From the NCBI GenBank assembly GCA_000004695.1, contig CM000153.2, positions 4,320,001-4,384,000 on the forward strand: 64,000 nucleotides of DNA. The letters are read 5' to 3'. The notes under the pieces were generated by a model that searched no databases, was not told the DNA's origin, and saw nothing but the letters and a program-made list of their open reading frames with translations. The first letter of the stretch is position 1. Each line of letters begins with the position of its first letter. This DNA is from Dictyostelium discoideum (Eukaryota). The position numbers and the translations under genes are program-made. Below, in pieces: positions 39,014 through 61,592 of this stretch.

Positions 39014-39666
39014 ATGACAGAAATTAATAAATAAATAAAAAAATAATATTATATAAAAATTAGAAATTTAATGTTTAATTTTTTTTTTTTTTTTTTTTTT
39101 TTGTATTAGAATTAAAAACAAAATATTTTTTTTTTTTTTCTTTGGGACTCATTTTCATTATTTTCCTTATTATTATTAAAATATTTTTTTTAATAAAAAA
39201 TTTATTTTTTTGAAAAGCTCAAAAAAAAAAAAAAAAAAAGAAAAACGTGTATTGTTTTTTTAAGATATTTATTATTTTTAATTTTTAATTTTTTTTTTTA
39301 AATTTTCTTTGAAAAAATGTGATTAATTACTTATTTTTATCTTTGAGCGTTTCATACCAAAAATTATTTGAAATCGGTGAAAATTATACACCTAATTCTT
39401 ATTTTGGATATTTTTTTTTTTGAAAAAAAAAAAATAAATTTAAAAATAATTTAATGGTGGTATTATGGTGGAGAAAAAAATAATTTAAAATTTTAATTTT
39501 TTTTTTTTTTTTTTTATGATGGTATAATGATGGAGTAAAAATAGTATTTTATATAAATACCTTTTTTTTAATTTTTAATTTTTTATTTTTACTTTAATAA
39601 ATAATAATAATAACAATAATAAATAAATAAATAAATAAATAAATTAAAAAAAAAAAAAAAATCATC

Positions 39667-41014
39667 ATGGATAAAACAGTAATAATTATAGGTGGTGGTA
39701 TATCAGGACTTGCATTAGCACAAGGATTGTCAAATAATGGTATTAAATTTAAAATATTTGAAAGAGATGAAGCAATAAATTTCAGAGATCAAGGTTACAG
39801 AGTTCGTGTATCACCAGAAGGTTCAAATGCATTAAAAACGATGTTAAGTGAAGATTTATGGAATTTATTTAAGGATTCATGTGCACGTACAACATTTGGT
39901 ATGTCATCAATTAATGCAATCGATGGTAAACTTTTAAAAAGGGCACCTAATTTCTCACCAGTTGGAAAATCATCAATGGATGAAAATATGGTTTTCTCAG
40001 CCGACAGAACCAATTTAAGAAATCTCCTAACATTAACAATTGAAAATCATATTGAATATAATAAGAAATTCATTAGATATGAATTAATTAACTATGGTGG
40101 TGGTGGTAGTAAAGTTGTAGCACATTTTTCAGATGGTACAAGTTTTGAAGGTGACTTAATCGTTGGTGCGGATGGAGTGAATTCAAAAGTGAAAAAACAA
40201 TTAATACCACAATGTAAGACCTTTGATACCAATGGTAGATTCATATTTGGTAAAACTGAAATTAGTAATCATATTTTAGATACTTTACCAGCATCGGCAA
40301 TGGAATGGATAACAACTGTAAATGATGCTGAGAAGGGCTTGATGATATTTATGGAACCAATTAAATTCAAACCAATTAATAGTAAACTTCCAGATGGTTG
40401 TTCAAAATTCTCACCAGAAACTACGGATTACATCTATTGGGTATTATTAGGACAAGCTCAAGCATTTGAAAAATCAGATGAAGAACTCTTTAAAATGAGT
40501 CCATCTCAATTAAAAGAACATCAATTACATTTAGTTAGAAATTGGGACCCAAGATTTCAAGAAATTATTAAATCTTCATTTGATAATAAATCTTGTTATT
40601 TAGGTGTAACTTCATCATTTCCTGATATTTATCAATGGGAAACTAATGAAAATGTAACCTTAATTGGTGATGCAGTTCATAATATGTCTCCAACTGGTGG
40701 TGTATGTATTTTAAAAATTAATATAAATTATTTATTAGTATATCATTAAACTTTTAATTCTAATTTTTTTTTTTTTTTTTTTTTTCTTTTTTTTTCCCAA
40801 TTATTAAATTATATAGGCTGGAGCTAATACTGCATTACAAGATTGCCCAATTTTATTGGATGCTATTAAAAATGGTTTAAAAAAAGAAGATTTAAATCAA
40901 TATGAAGCTAAAATGAGATTAAATGCAAAACCAAATATCGAAGGAAGTTTAATGGGTGCTAAAAGATTATATAATTTTAAATCGATTGAAGAATGTAAAG
41001 TTATTGATCAATAA
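39667..41014 (+). CDS. FAD-dependent monooxygenase (salicylate hydroxylase / zeaxanthin epoxidase-like class A flavoprotein), ~410 aa. Exons are 39667..40701 and 40817..41014.
   Basis: The N-terminal dinucleotide-binding motif is VIIIGGGISGLALAQGL. The GD motif is LIVGADGVNSKV and the C-terminal motif is LIGDAVHNMSPTGG|AGANTALQD. The donor GTATGT is at 40702 (phase 0) and the acceptor atatag at 40816. Confidence 0.8.
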
Positions 41015-41113
41015 AATTTAAATAAAAAAATTATAAAAAAAAAAAAAATCTTAGAAATAAAAATAGATTTTTTTTTTTTTTTTAAATTACATTTTGAAAA
41101 AAAAGAAAAAAAA

Positions 41114-44082
<2,969 letters not shown>

Positions 44083-44168
44083 GAAAGAAAGTCTTTTTAT
44101 GAAAAAAAAAAAAAAAAAAAAAAAAATTATTTTATTTATTTATTTTTTTAAATAACTATAATATTACT

Positions 44169-45047
44169 TTATTCAATAGAGTAATACTTTTTAATTGTTT
44201 TATTAATAGATTGTATAAATTGAAATAGTTGAGGGGTTTGAATTATTTCATTTATTGTCAATGATTTAATTGATTTGTTTTTTGCAATCATTAATCCAAA
44301 TGTTTGAATAAATTGATCTGGTAATTTGTGTTTTTCAAATTCTCCAAGCGATTCTTTACATGTATGTTCAATTGAAATCGATTTTAATGTTTTATGATTT
44401 GAAATTGATTGAAATATATAATTCCAATAATATTTGAAATTTGAGTTTTTATTGTGTGGTTTATTGGTTTTTTTATTTCTTTCATCCTCTTCGTCATCGT
44501 CATCGTGTTCAAAACTACATTTACAAGGTTTTAATGATGCATTTCTATTTGATAAATGATATATTAGATTTTCAAAACATAAACCAATTGATAGGCCTTC
44601 TATTTTTGGACATCCTTTTAAAATGTAATATATTTGTTTGATAGATAAACTATCTGAATATGACAAATCATGTAAATAGTATATACTTTTATTTAAAGAA
44701 ATTTCCTTGAATGGAAAAATCCACTCATCATAATTTTCAACATCTATTGCCTTGATTTTACATCTTGAAAACAATTGCACTATTTCATTTGGTGGGAAAC
44801 ATGATTTTAAATGTATTCCTATTGAAAAAAAAAAAAAATAAAATAAAATAAAATTAATTAAATATGTGGGAGAGTGGGGTGTTAATAATTTTATAATATA
44901 CACAAATAAAATATTAATAATTCTATACATACCTCCGATTTGTTTTACATTATTTGTGATTTTGTTTATAAAACTTATACTATTATTAATATTAGAAAAT
45001 GGATAATACCCATTGTTTTTAGAATGAGAATAATTTATTGTTGATAA

Positions 45048-45121
<74 letters not shown>

Positions 45122-45764
45122 CATAATTCTTACTATTGTTATCATCAATTACTTTTATTTTAATATTTTCAAATTGGATATCACCCAATGTATCAAAATA
45201 AAAAGGTACATATAATTTTTTTAAATTTTTTAAATTTTTTAGAGTTGGATTTAATTTATTATTTATAAAATTAATATCATTAATTGGTTGAAGGTTTGTA
45301 ATTTTAAAATATTTTATATTTTCATATTGTAAAATACAATAATATGATGAATTAAAACAATTAAAATCAACAATAACATTCAATTCAGATTGTACCATAT
45401 GGAACCAATCCCAACAAACATTAGCAATTTGATTCTTAAGTCTACATAAATATTTTTTTTTTTCTATATTTCCGATGTTTGTTTTTATATTATTTGATTT
45501 ATTTATATATTTACACAAAATTTTAATTATAATACTTTGTAAATAAAATGGTATTGTATTTTGATTATCATCCACACAATTATTTTTATTTATATTGTTA
45601 TTTTTATTATTATCATTTTCATTATTATTATAATTTTTATTATTATTATTATTATTTGATATTTTAATTATCTTTTTTTCTTTATCATTTTCAATTAATG
45701 TTTGGGTTTCTCCTGTTCTTTTATTTTTTAAAACATTTTGATTAAATGAAGTTGATTTATAATT

Positions 45765-45770
<6 letters not shown>
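44169..45770 (-). CDS. Lineage-specific Asn-rich protein, paralog A, ~495 aa after removing an in-frame intron. Exons on the minus strand are 45770..44933 and 44818..44169.
   Basis: The ORF is open for 533 aa, but a canonical intron (GTATGT ... TTCAATAG, 114 nt, 44932..44819) lies in frame with no stop. Splicing gives ...NNVKQIGG|IHLKSCFPPNEIVQLFSRCKIK, which is collinear with paralog B (YTPIRIIELFKRCKIK). Motifs shared with 46711..49185 are YLQxxIIKxxC, WDWFHMV/KGWFHTV, YYILKGCPKIEGLS/YYVLMGADRIQQLS and C-x-CSF. Confidence 0.55.
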
Positions 45771-45812
<42 letters not shown>

Positions 45813-46710
45813 AAATATAAAATTATCATAAGAGAAGGAAAATTTTTTTATTAAAAAAAATTAAAGAAAAAAAAAAAAAAAAAGAAGGAAAAATTTAATC
45901 AAATCAAAAATAAGTATAAAAAAGTTTGAAAAAAATTAAAAAAAATTTAAAATTTGGAAAAAAAAAAAAAAAAAAAAAAAGAAAAAAATGGAACTTGTAC
46001 CAATAAGTAAGGGAAGAGGTTGAACTTTGACAATTTTTTTTTTAAAAAAAAAAAAAATAAAAAAAATTAAAAATAATTAAAAAATATTTTGAAAATTTAA
46101 AAAAAAATAAAAAAGCAAACAAACCGGGGTTCCTTTGAAAAATTATTTTTAGCTTGAATAAAAAAAAAAAAATAACAAATTAAAAATAGAAAAAAAATAA
46201 AAATTAAAAAAAAAAAAATAAAATAAAAAAAAATAAAAAAAAAAAAAGATATCGCCCCCATTTGAAAAATAAAATAAAAAATTAATAATAAATTAAAATT
46301 TAACAAAAAAAAAATAAATAAAAATAATGATAAAAATAAAAATAAAAACAGTGTGTTAACAATAAAACAGATATTAAAGAACGATATAATCAATATTATT
46401 ATTTTTTTTTTTTATTGGTGGTTGAAAAATAGATAATTATACGAATTGTAATTTGAAAAAAGATTAGATGGTTATATTTTTCTTTTTTTTTATTTAAAAT
46501 TATTTTTATAAAAATATTGGCAAAAATATTAAAAATAAAAAAATAAAAATAAACTTATTTTACTATTGAATTACCTGATTTTTTAATTGGTTGCTAATTT
46601 GTATTAAAAAATATTTTTAATTCAAATTTTTATTAGTTTATTTATTTATTTAATTTTTAAATTAATTTATTTAATTATTTTTTTTTTATTTTTTTTATTT
46701 AAACCAACTA

Positions 46711-49185
<2,475 letters not shown>

Positions 49186-49224
49186 TTTTTATGAATTATT
49201 TTTGATTAAAGGTTTCTTTTTTTC

Positions 49225-49255
<31 letters not shown>

Positions 49256-50018
49256 TTTTTTTTATTTTTTTTTAATAAAAAAAAAATAGTAATAAAAATA
49301 ATAGTAATCAATTATAAAATTTAATTTATTTGTTATCTATTTGTACTAATAGTACTTAAATAAATTGTTTTATTTTTTATTGTTATTTTATGAGTGTTGT
49401 TTTTATATAATTTTTTATTTATTTTTTTTTATTTTTTTTTTTATTTTTTGTTTTTGACACTTTTTTTTTTTAATTAATTACTATATGTGTATTTTTAATT
49501 TATTTTTTTTAATTTTTTTTTTTAATTTTGTTTTTTTTTTTTTTTTCTCCCTATCTCTTGTTACTTCATATTACCTTTTTTTATTACTTTTATTTTATTT
49601 TATATAATTTTATTTTGTTCTATTTTTTTATTCCGTTTTAATTTTACTTTTATTGGCCTGTTTATATAAACTTTTTTTATTTTTTTTTTCTTATTTTGGT
49701 TTTTTTTTGTTGTTTTGTTTTTATTATTTATTCTAATTTATTGTTTTTTTTATTTTTATTTTTAAATCTTTTTTTTATTTTTATTTTATTCTTTTTTTGG
49801 AAGGATTTAATTTGGTTTTTTTTTTTTTTTTTTTTTTAGTAAAAGAGGAGCATACAAAAATTAATTTTTTTTTTTTTCATGAAAAAAATTAAAAAAAGTA
49901 AAAAAAAATTTTATTTTTATTTTTATTTTTATTTTTTATTTTTTTTAAATTTTGACGCCTGATTTATTTTTGTTGCGTGGATTTGATTTTTTAAATTAAT
50001 TAATTAATAAAATTTTTT

Positions 50019-50050
<32 letters not shown>

Positions 50051-50398
50051 GAAAACTTTTGGGTGTTTTTGCCTGATCAAACCAAAAAAAAAAACCTGAT
50101 CAAACCACATAGCGACATATAAAAGAGGTTTAAACGGTTTTTAAATTTAATCATTAAATTTAAAGTTTTTTTTATTTTATTTTATTTATGGTTGCATTGG
50201 AACTAATCAAAAAAAATAAAATAAAATAAAAAAAAAAATAAAAAGAAAAATAAATAAGCGATGAATTTGTCACTAAACTTTTTTTTTTTTTATTATTAGC
50301 ACCAACTCGAAAAAGAAATTTCCAATTTTTTTTTATTTTTTTTATTTTTTTTTTTTATTTATTTTTTTTTTATTTATTTATTTTTTTTATTTATTTTT

Positions 50399-51121
50399 TT
50401 AAATGCCTAATAAGGTAAGGAGTGATGGTGATCTGGCACCTTCAGTTAAAAATTCTTCTCTAGAGATTAAATTGTTTTTATCTTTATCAATCTTTTCAAA
50501 TAATTTAACAATAAATAATTCGATATCTCCTGGTGATTTACCCAAAGACACACCAACATTTTTCATTAAAGCAATCATTTCATCAACTTCTTTTTTCTCT
50601 AAAATTCCAGACTTGTCTTTGTCATAAATATCAAAGAGAACCTTTAATTTATCTTCAGCTGAACCTAAGTTGGTTATAATAAAATTAGTTTTTTTTTTTG
50701 TTTTTGTTTTTGTTTTTGTTTTTTTTTTTCCTTACCTTTACCAATAATGGATAATGCAACAGTTAATTCTTTGAAATCAATTGTGTTACTTTTATCAGAA
50801 TCAAAAGCGTCAAATAATTTATTTAAATTATCTTCTGGATAGTTTGGAAGTTTACTTTTAAAGAATAAAACAAATTCTTTTCTATCAAAACTACCATTTC
50901 CGTCTTTATCAAATTTTCTAAAAATAGAATAAAAAAAAAAAAAAAATTAGTTTATAAATTTCTTTTTAAAGGCGCAAATAGTAAAAAAAAAAAAAAAAAA
51001 AAAAATAAGAATCATACTTGAACTCTCCATAGATATTGGCAACTTCTTCTTTTGAGAAATTTGAATTTTTACCGATAAACTCGATGTCACTCTTTGTTAA
51101 TTTTGAATTTTGTTGACCCAT
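50399..51121 (-). CDS. N-myristoylated EF-hand calcium-binding protein of the neuronal-calcium-sensor / calcineurin-B-like family, 183 aa. Exons on the minus strand are 51121..51018, 50917..50736 and 50664..50399.
   Basis: The N-terminus MGQQNSKL is a myristoylation consensus (Gly2, Ser6). The EF loops are DKDGNGSFDRKEF, DSDKSNTIDFKEL, DKDKSGILEKKEV and DKDKNNLISREEF. Donors GTATGA and GTAAGG and acceptors ttttag and cttag are used. The phases are 2 and 1, and the total is 552 nt. Confidence 0.75.
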
Positions 51122-51299
51122 TTATAAATTTTTCTGTGTTTGATTTCTTGTAATATGATGAAAAAAGAAAAAAAAAAAAAAAATTGATTTTTTTTTTTTT
51201 TTTTTTTATTTTTTTTTTGGAAAAAAAAAAATAAAAAATAAAATTTTATTAAATTTCCTTCCCAAAAAAGCTTCAGATCGTGGTGGTTTTTTTATAATG

Positions 51300-51333
<34 letters not shown>

Positions 51334-51371
51334 AAAAATAAATACTAATTTAATCCGATTAAAAAATATCT

Positions 51372-51384
51372 AACACCCGGTGTT
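51372..51384. promoter_or_regulatory. Palindrome AACACC-C-GGTGTT in a divergent promoter region.
   Basis: The 6-bp arms are perfect. It lies ~250 bp upstream of the NCS-like gene start (51121, minus strand) and ~710 bp upstream of the plus-strand gene at 52096. It is the only GC-rich element in an A/T-rich spacer. Confidence 0.3.
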
Positions 51385-52095
51385 TAACCTCTTTTTTTTT
51401 TTTTTTTAAAAATTTTTTTTTTTTACAAATAATATTTTATTATTTGTAAAATTGTGATAAAAAAAAAAAAAAAAAAAAAAAAAAATTATCAATCTATACT
51501 ATTTAAAAAGATAGAAAATTTTTTTTTTTTTTTTTTTAGGATAAATCGAGTATTTTTTTTAATTCCTTTTAAAAATCTTTGAGATTAATCTAATTTTGAA
51601 CTTTATATAAAAACAATATTTTAAAATATTGTTTTTATATAAAACAAAAAAAAAAAATTAGGTATTAATTAAGCAAAATAGATTATTAACAATGATTTAT
51701 ATAATTCAAAATCTTATACACGATGTTGTGTTAACATACACATAAAGAAATAAAAAAATTAAAAAAAATAAGATTCTTATATTAAAATAAGCATAATCAA
51801 TCATAAAAATTATTAAAAAGATTGTATTACCCCATACACTAAAATAAAAAAAAAAAAAAATAAATAATACTAAACAAATGAATAATATTAAAAATAATTA
51901 TTTCATATTATTATTTTTTTTTTTTTTATTAAAACATAAAAAAAAAAAAAAAAAAAAAAGTAATAAAAAGGTAAAAAAAAAAGAATAAGAATTATTATTT
52001 AATATTTGTTTACTAGTCATTTTAAGAAAAAATAAATAAAAAAAAAAAAAAAAAAAAGAATATTTATATTTATTTTTTATTTTTTTTATTCAATA

Positions 52096-53197
52096 ATGAT
52101 AATTAAAATGAAATTTAATAAAATAGTTTTAATTTTAATTTTAAATTTAGTTTTTTATTTTAATAATTTTATAATTTGTTTCAATGATGGTGGTAGTGGT
52201 GGTGGTGAAAATATTGAAAAAAATAATTATTGCCAAACATATTTATCAAATTATTTAAATGAAAAATGTGTTCAATTCTCAATTGTTGGAATTGATAGTG
52301 AAAATCTTAATCAAGAATCATTAAAAGGGAATTTAAAATTACTTGAAGATCAACAAATTTTAATTCCAGTTGGTAATATTATTAATTCATTAAATTCAAA
52401 TTTAAAAACATTTTGTAACAATAAAGGTTTATTACAACCAATAAGTGACCATTTAAAAATAAAAGATTTTAAATTATTAACCAATGGTACTATAAAAATA
52501 AATGATCTTTACTCTCAATTAAATTGTTTAAATCCTGATATTATAAATTTTAAATTAAATAATTTTTCTTATTTATTTTCTGTAAGTTATTAATTTTTTT
52601 TACAAAAAAAAAAAAAAAAACAAAAATAATATTAAACATATGTAATTTTTTAAAATAATTATTTAGTTAAAAGGGTTTCAAGAATGTCCAAGTATATTAA
52701 ATATTGGTGAACCATGTAATCAAAATAAAAATAATGGTGATGGTAGTGATAATGATGGTTTATTATCACCAATTTCTCAATCAAATTTACCAAAAACTTT
52801 ACCACTTTGCCAACCTCGTGATAATCCATTAGAGAGTAATTATTGTCCAGGTAGTTTTGAAACAATTGAAAAAAACAATGGTAAACCATTTGATATTTTA
52901 TTAAATGTTTCAATAGTATCTAAAGGGTTAGATAAATTTGGTGATAATTATTATCAACATAAAGTGATTGTAACAAATCATGAATCATATGGTGTAAAAG
53001 ATGTAAGAATTCACTCATTACAATTTTTACAATATGTTCCATACCATCCACGTTATCCAAATGGTGATTTTTTAGTACCAAAATCTTCATCTCTTTTAGG
53101 TTCTGGAAAAGAATATACTTTTATTTTTAATTGTACTCATCAATATCCATCATTATCTGTAGTTAATTTAGTTAGAGGTATACCACCACCACAATAT

Positions 53198-53203
<6 letters not shown>
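52096..53203 (+). CDS. Secreted protein of ~340 aa with a signal peptide. Exons are 52096..52581 and 52667..53203.
   Basis: The leader is MIIKMKFNKIVLILILNLVFYF. The donor GTAAGT is at 52582 (phase 0) and the acceptor atttag at 52666. The frame is continuous to the TAA at 53203. Cys-containing segments are present (EPCNQNK, LPLCQPRDNPLESNYCPGSF, IFNCTHQYPS). No homolog was recognised. Confidence 0.5.
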
Positions 53204-53244
<41 letters not shown>

Positions 53245-53321
53245 TTTGTTTTATTTAAATAAAAAAAATAAATATGGAATACATTTATTTAATAATTTTT
53301 CATTTTTATTAATAGAATATT

Positions 53322-58505
<5,184 letters not shown>

Positions 58506-58989
58506 AATAAAACTTTAAATGAAATTCTTGTTTTAGTTTTGTTGTTGTTGTGTTATTGTTGTTATTATAATTAAGAAAAATTAGGTTTATTATTAGTATT
58601 TATTAAATTAAAAAAAAAAAATTTATGTGAAAATGAAAAAAAAAAAAAAAAAAAAAAAAATTTAACCCAAAAAAAAAAATAAAAAGAAAAAAAAAAAAAA
58701 AACCATTTCGTTGTGGAAAAAAAAAAAAAAAAAAAAAAAAAAAAGGTTGAAAAGGGGTGAGAATTGTGGTTAACCCTGTGTTTGTGCACATATATTTATA
58801 AAAATAAAAAAAATGGATGCCATAAAAACCAAAAGGGATTCTTTTTTTTTTTTTTTTAATCTTTTGTGGAGAAACACAAGAATGTGTTTTTTTTTGTTGG
58901 TGCATTTTTTTTTTTTTTTTTCATCATAATTTTTTGTTGTTATTAATTATTTTTACTATTTTTGATATATCGGTTGTTTTTTTTATTAC

Positions 58990-59029
<40 letters not shown>

Positions 59030-60272
59030 TTTTTTTATTTTTTTTATTTTCTATCATTATTATTTTGTAGCTATTAATAGGATTCTGAACTTACATAGCT
59101 GATAAAAAAAAATAAAAAATAAAATAAAAAACAATATAAAAAACACACACACACTAAATTGTATATATGTTAGTTTTATTATTATTTTTTTGTAATTTTC
59201 TAAAGTGATGAATAATTTTTTTTTTTTTTTTAGTTTTTTTTTTTTTTATTATTTTTTTTTTTTAAATTAATTTTATTTTATTTTATTTTATTTTATTAAA
59301 TAATTTAAATGACAGAGTTTTAGCAAAAGGGAAATTATTTAATAATTAAGATTAGTCGCAGGGCTTGAGGGCAAATCGGGGTCTAATTTTAAAAAAAAAA
59401 ATTTAAAAAAAATTAAAAAAAAATAAAAAAAAAAAAATTCCTTCTTTGCAAAGAATTTAAAAATGAGGTGGACAATTTGCTTAAACTGAAAAAAAAAAAA
59501 AAAAAAAATTAATTATCAAACTTTTTAAAAATGTAAAATACTTTCACACAATTTTCGAAAAAAATAAAAAATAAAAAAAAATTACCAAAAAAAAAAAATA
59601 GTTACTAAAAAAAAAAAATAATTACAAAAAAAAAAATAATTACCAAAAAAAATAAAAATAAAAATAAAAATAAAAATTAAAATAATAAAAATAATTCCAT
59701 GTAATCATTTATTATTTTAATATTTACCCCACTTTAGGGCATAAAACGGTTTTATTTTGTGGTTTATTTTAATTTTTTTTTTTTTTTTTTTTTTTTATTT
59801 TTTAGAGGCTGGACCTTTACGTGCAATAATATATATAAAAAAAAAATAAAAAAATTTTTTTAAAGGTTTAGTAAAAAAGTATTTATTTATTTTTTTAAAT
59901 AAAAAAATTTCAAAAAAATTTCATAAAAAAGTATATATTTAAATTTAAATACTTGTATTTCATTAATTATTTTATTGCTTTTTTTTTTTTTTTAATTTTT
60001 TTAAAACTAACTGTCATTTGTGATTTTATTATTATTTTTTTTTTTTTTTTAATTTTTTTTTTTAATTTTTTGAAATTCACACACCAAAAAAAAAAAAAAA
60101 AAAAAAAACAAAATTTTTTTTTTTAAATTTTTTCTTTTATTAAATTTTTTTTTCCTTACTCAACATAATTTTAGATAACCCAACATTAATTATATAATTA
60201 ATTATTTTTTAATTTTTTAATTTTTTTTTTTGCTTCCTTTTCAAGTTTAACAACTAAAGCTACTCAAACAAG

Positions 60273-60590
60273 ATGACAACCACAACACAATACAAAGATA
60301 TTGAAACCAAATCCTATGAAGATATTACCAAGGCAGCCAAAGATCTTGATGTTTTCAAGAAGGGTAGAAAAACAAAGGATGCTTTAATCAAAAGAATCCA
60401 AAAGAAATTAGGTGAACCAGCAACAACCACCGCAAAACCAACTGCTAAAGCCGCCGCAAAACCAAAAGCCGTAGTCACTAAAGCTCCAACAACCACCGCA
60501 ACCAACAAATCAGCAGCAGCTAAAAAAGTCACTGATAAAAAGAAAAAAGAAGAAGAAGATAAAGAAGAAGATGACAAAGAAGAAAAATAA
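60273..60590 (+). CDS. Small Lys/Ala/Thr-rich basic protein, 105 aa, with linker-histone-tail-like composition and an acidic C-terminus.
   Basis: The ORF is [105 protein letters not shown]. It is compact, has an A-rich upstream region and good codon usage, and carries no recognisable domain. Confidence 0.4.
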
Positions 60591-60634
60591 ATCAATTATC
60601 AAATCAACATTTTAATCAATCAAAAAAAAATAAA

Positions 60635-60671
<37 letters not shown>

Positions 60672-60906
60672 AAGCAAAAAAGATAATAAAAAAATAATAA
60701 AAAATGTACATGTATTTCCAAATCAATATTCCATTTTATTTTATTTTATTTTTATTAAATAAAAAAATAAAATTATAAATCTTAAATAATAAAAACAAAA
60801 AATAAAAATTAAAAAAAAAACTATTACTAATATTTTCATTTTTTTTATTTTGTTTTTTTTTTTTAAATTATATTATTAGCTGTTGAAAGATTCTGTTAAA
60901 AAATTT

Positions 60907-60940
<34 letters not shown>

Positions 60941-61592
60941 CAAAAAAAAAAAAAGAAATCAAAATTAATTTAAATTGTTTTGTGTGATTTACAAACACAA
61001 TTTTTTAAATTAAAACTATAAGAGTTTAATTATTATCATTCATTTTTTGTAATTGTTTTTTATTTTGAGGAAAAACGAGAAAACTTATAAAAAAAACAAA
61101 TAAAAAAATAAACATAAATTCAATAATACCAAATCAATTTTTTTATTTATTTTTAAATAAAAATCTATTTTTTTAATAAAATTTATTTCATAAAAATTGT
61201 TCTATTCTTTTATTTGTTATTTCTCAAATTTATTAAATTATTATTTTTTTAGTTTTTTTTATAAGTTTAATTTCTTTGTTTGAGGTTTTCCAATGGTTTA
61301 TGATTGAAAAAAAAAAAAAAAAAAAATGGCTCCATTTATAAACTTATTGAGAATTATTTGATCAAATAATTCTCAATTTTTTTTAAGGATTTTTTAAAAA
61401 TAAAAATTACTAAGGAAAATAAAAAAGTAAAAATGTTTACTAAAAAAATTTCTAAAAATGAACAAAAAATTTTCTTCGAAATTGATTTTTTGTAAAAATT
61501 TTTTTTTTTTTTTCTTTTTTGTTTTTTTAATTTTTTATTTTTTATTTTTTTTTATTTTCAATTATCTCTCGTTTTTATTATTAAAAAAAAAA

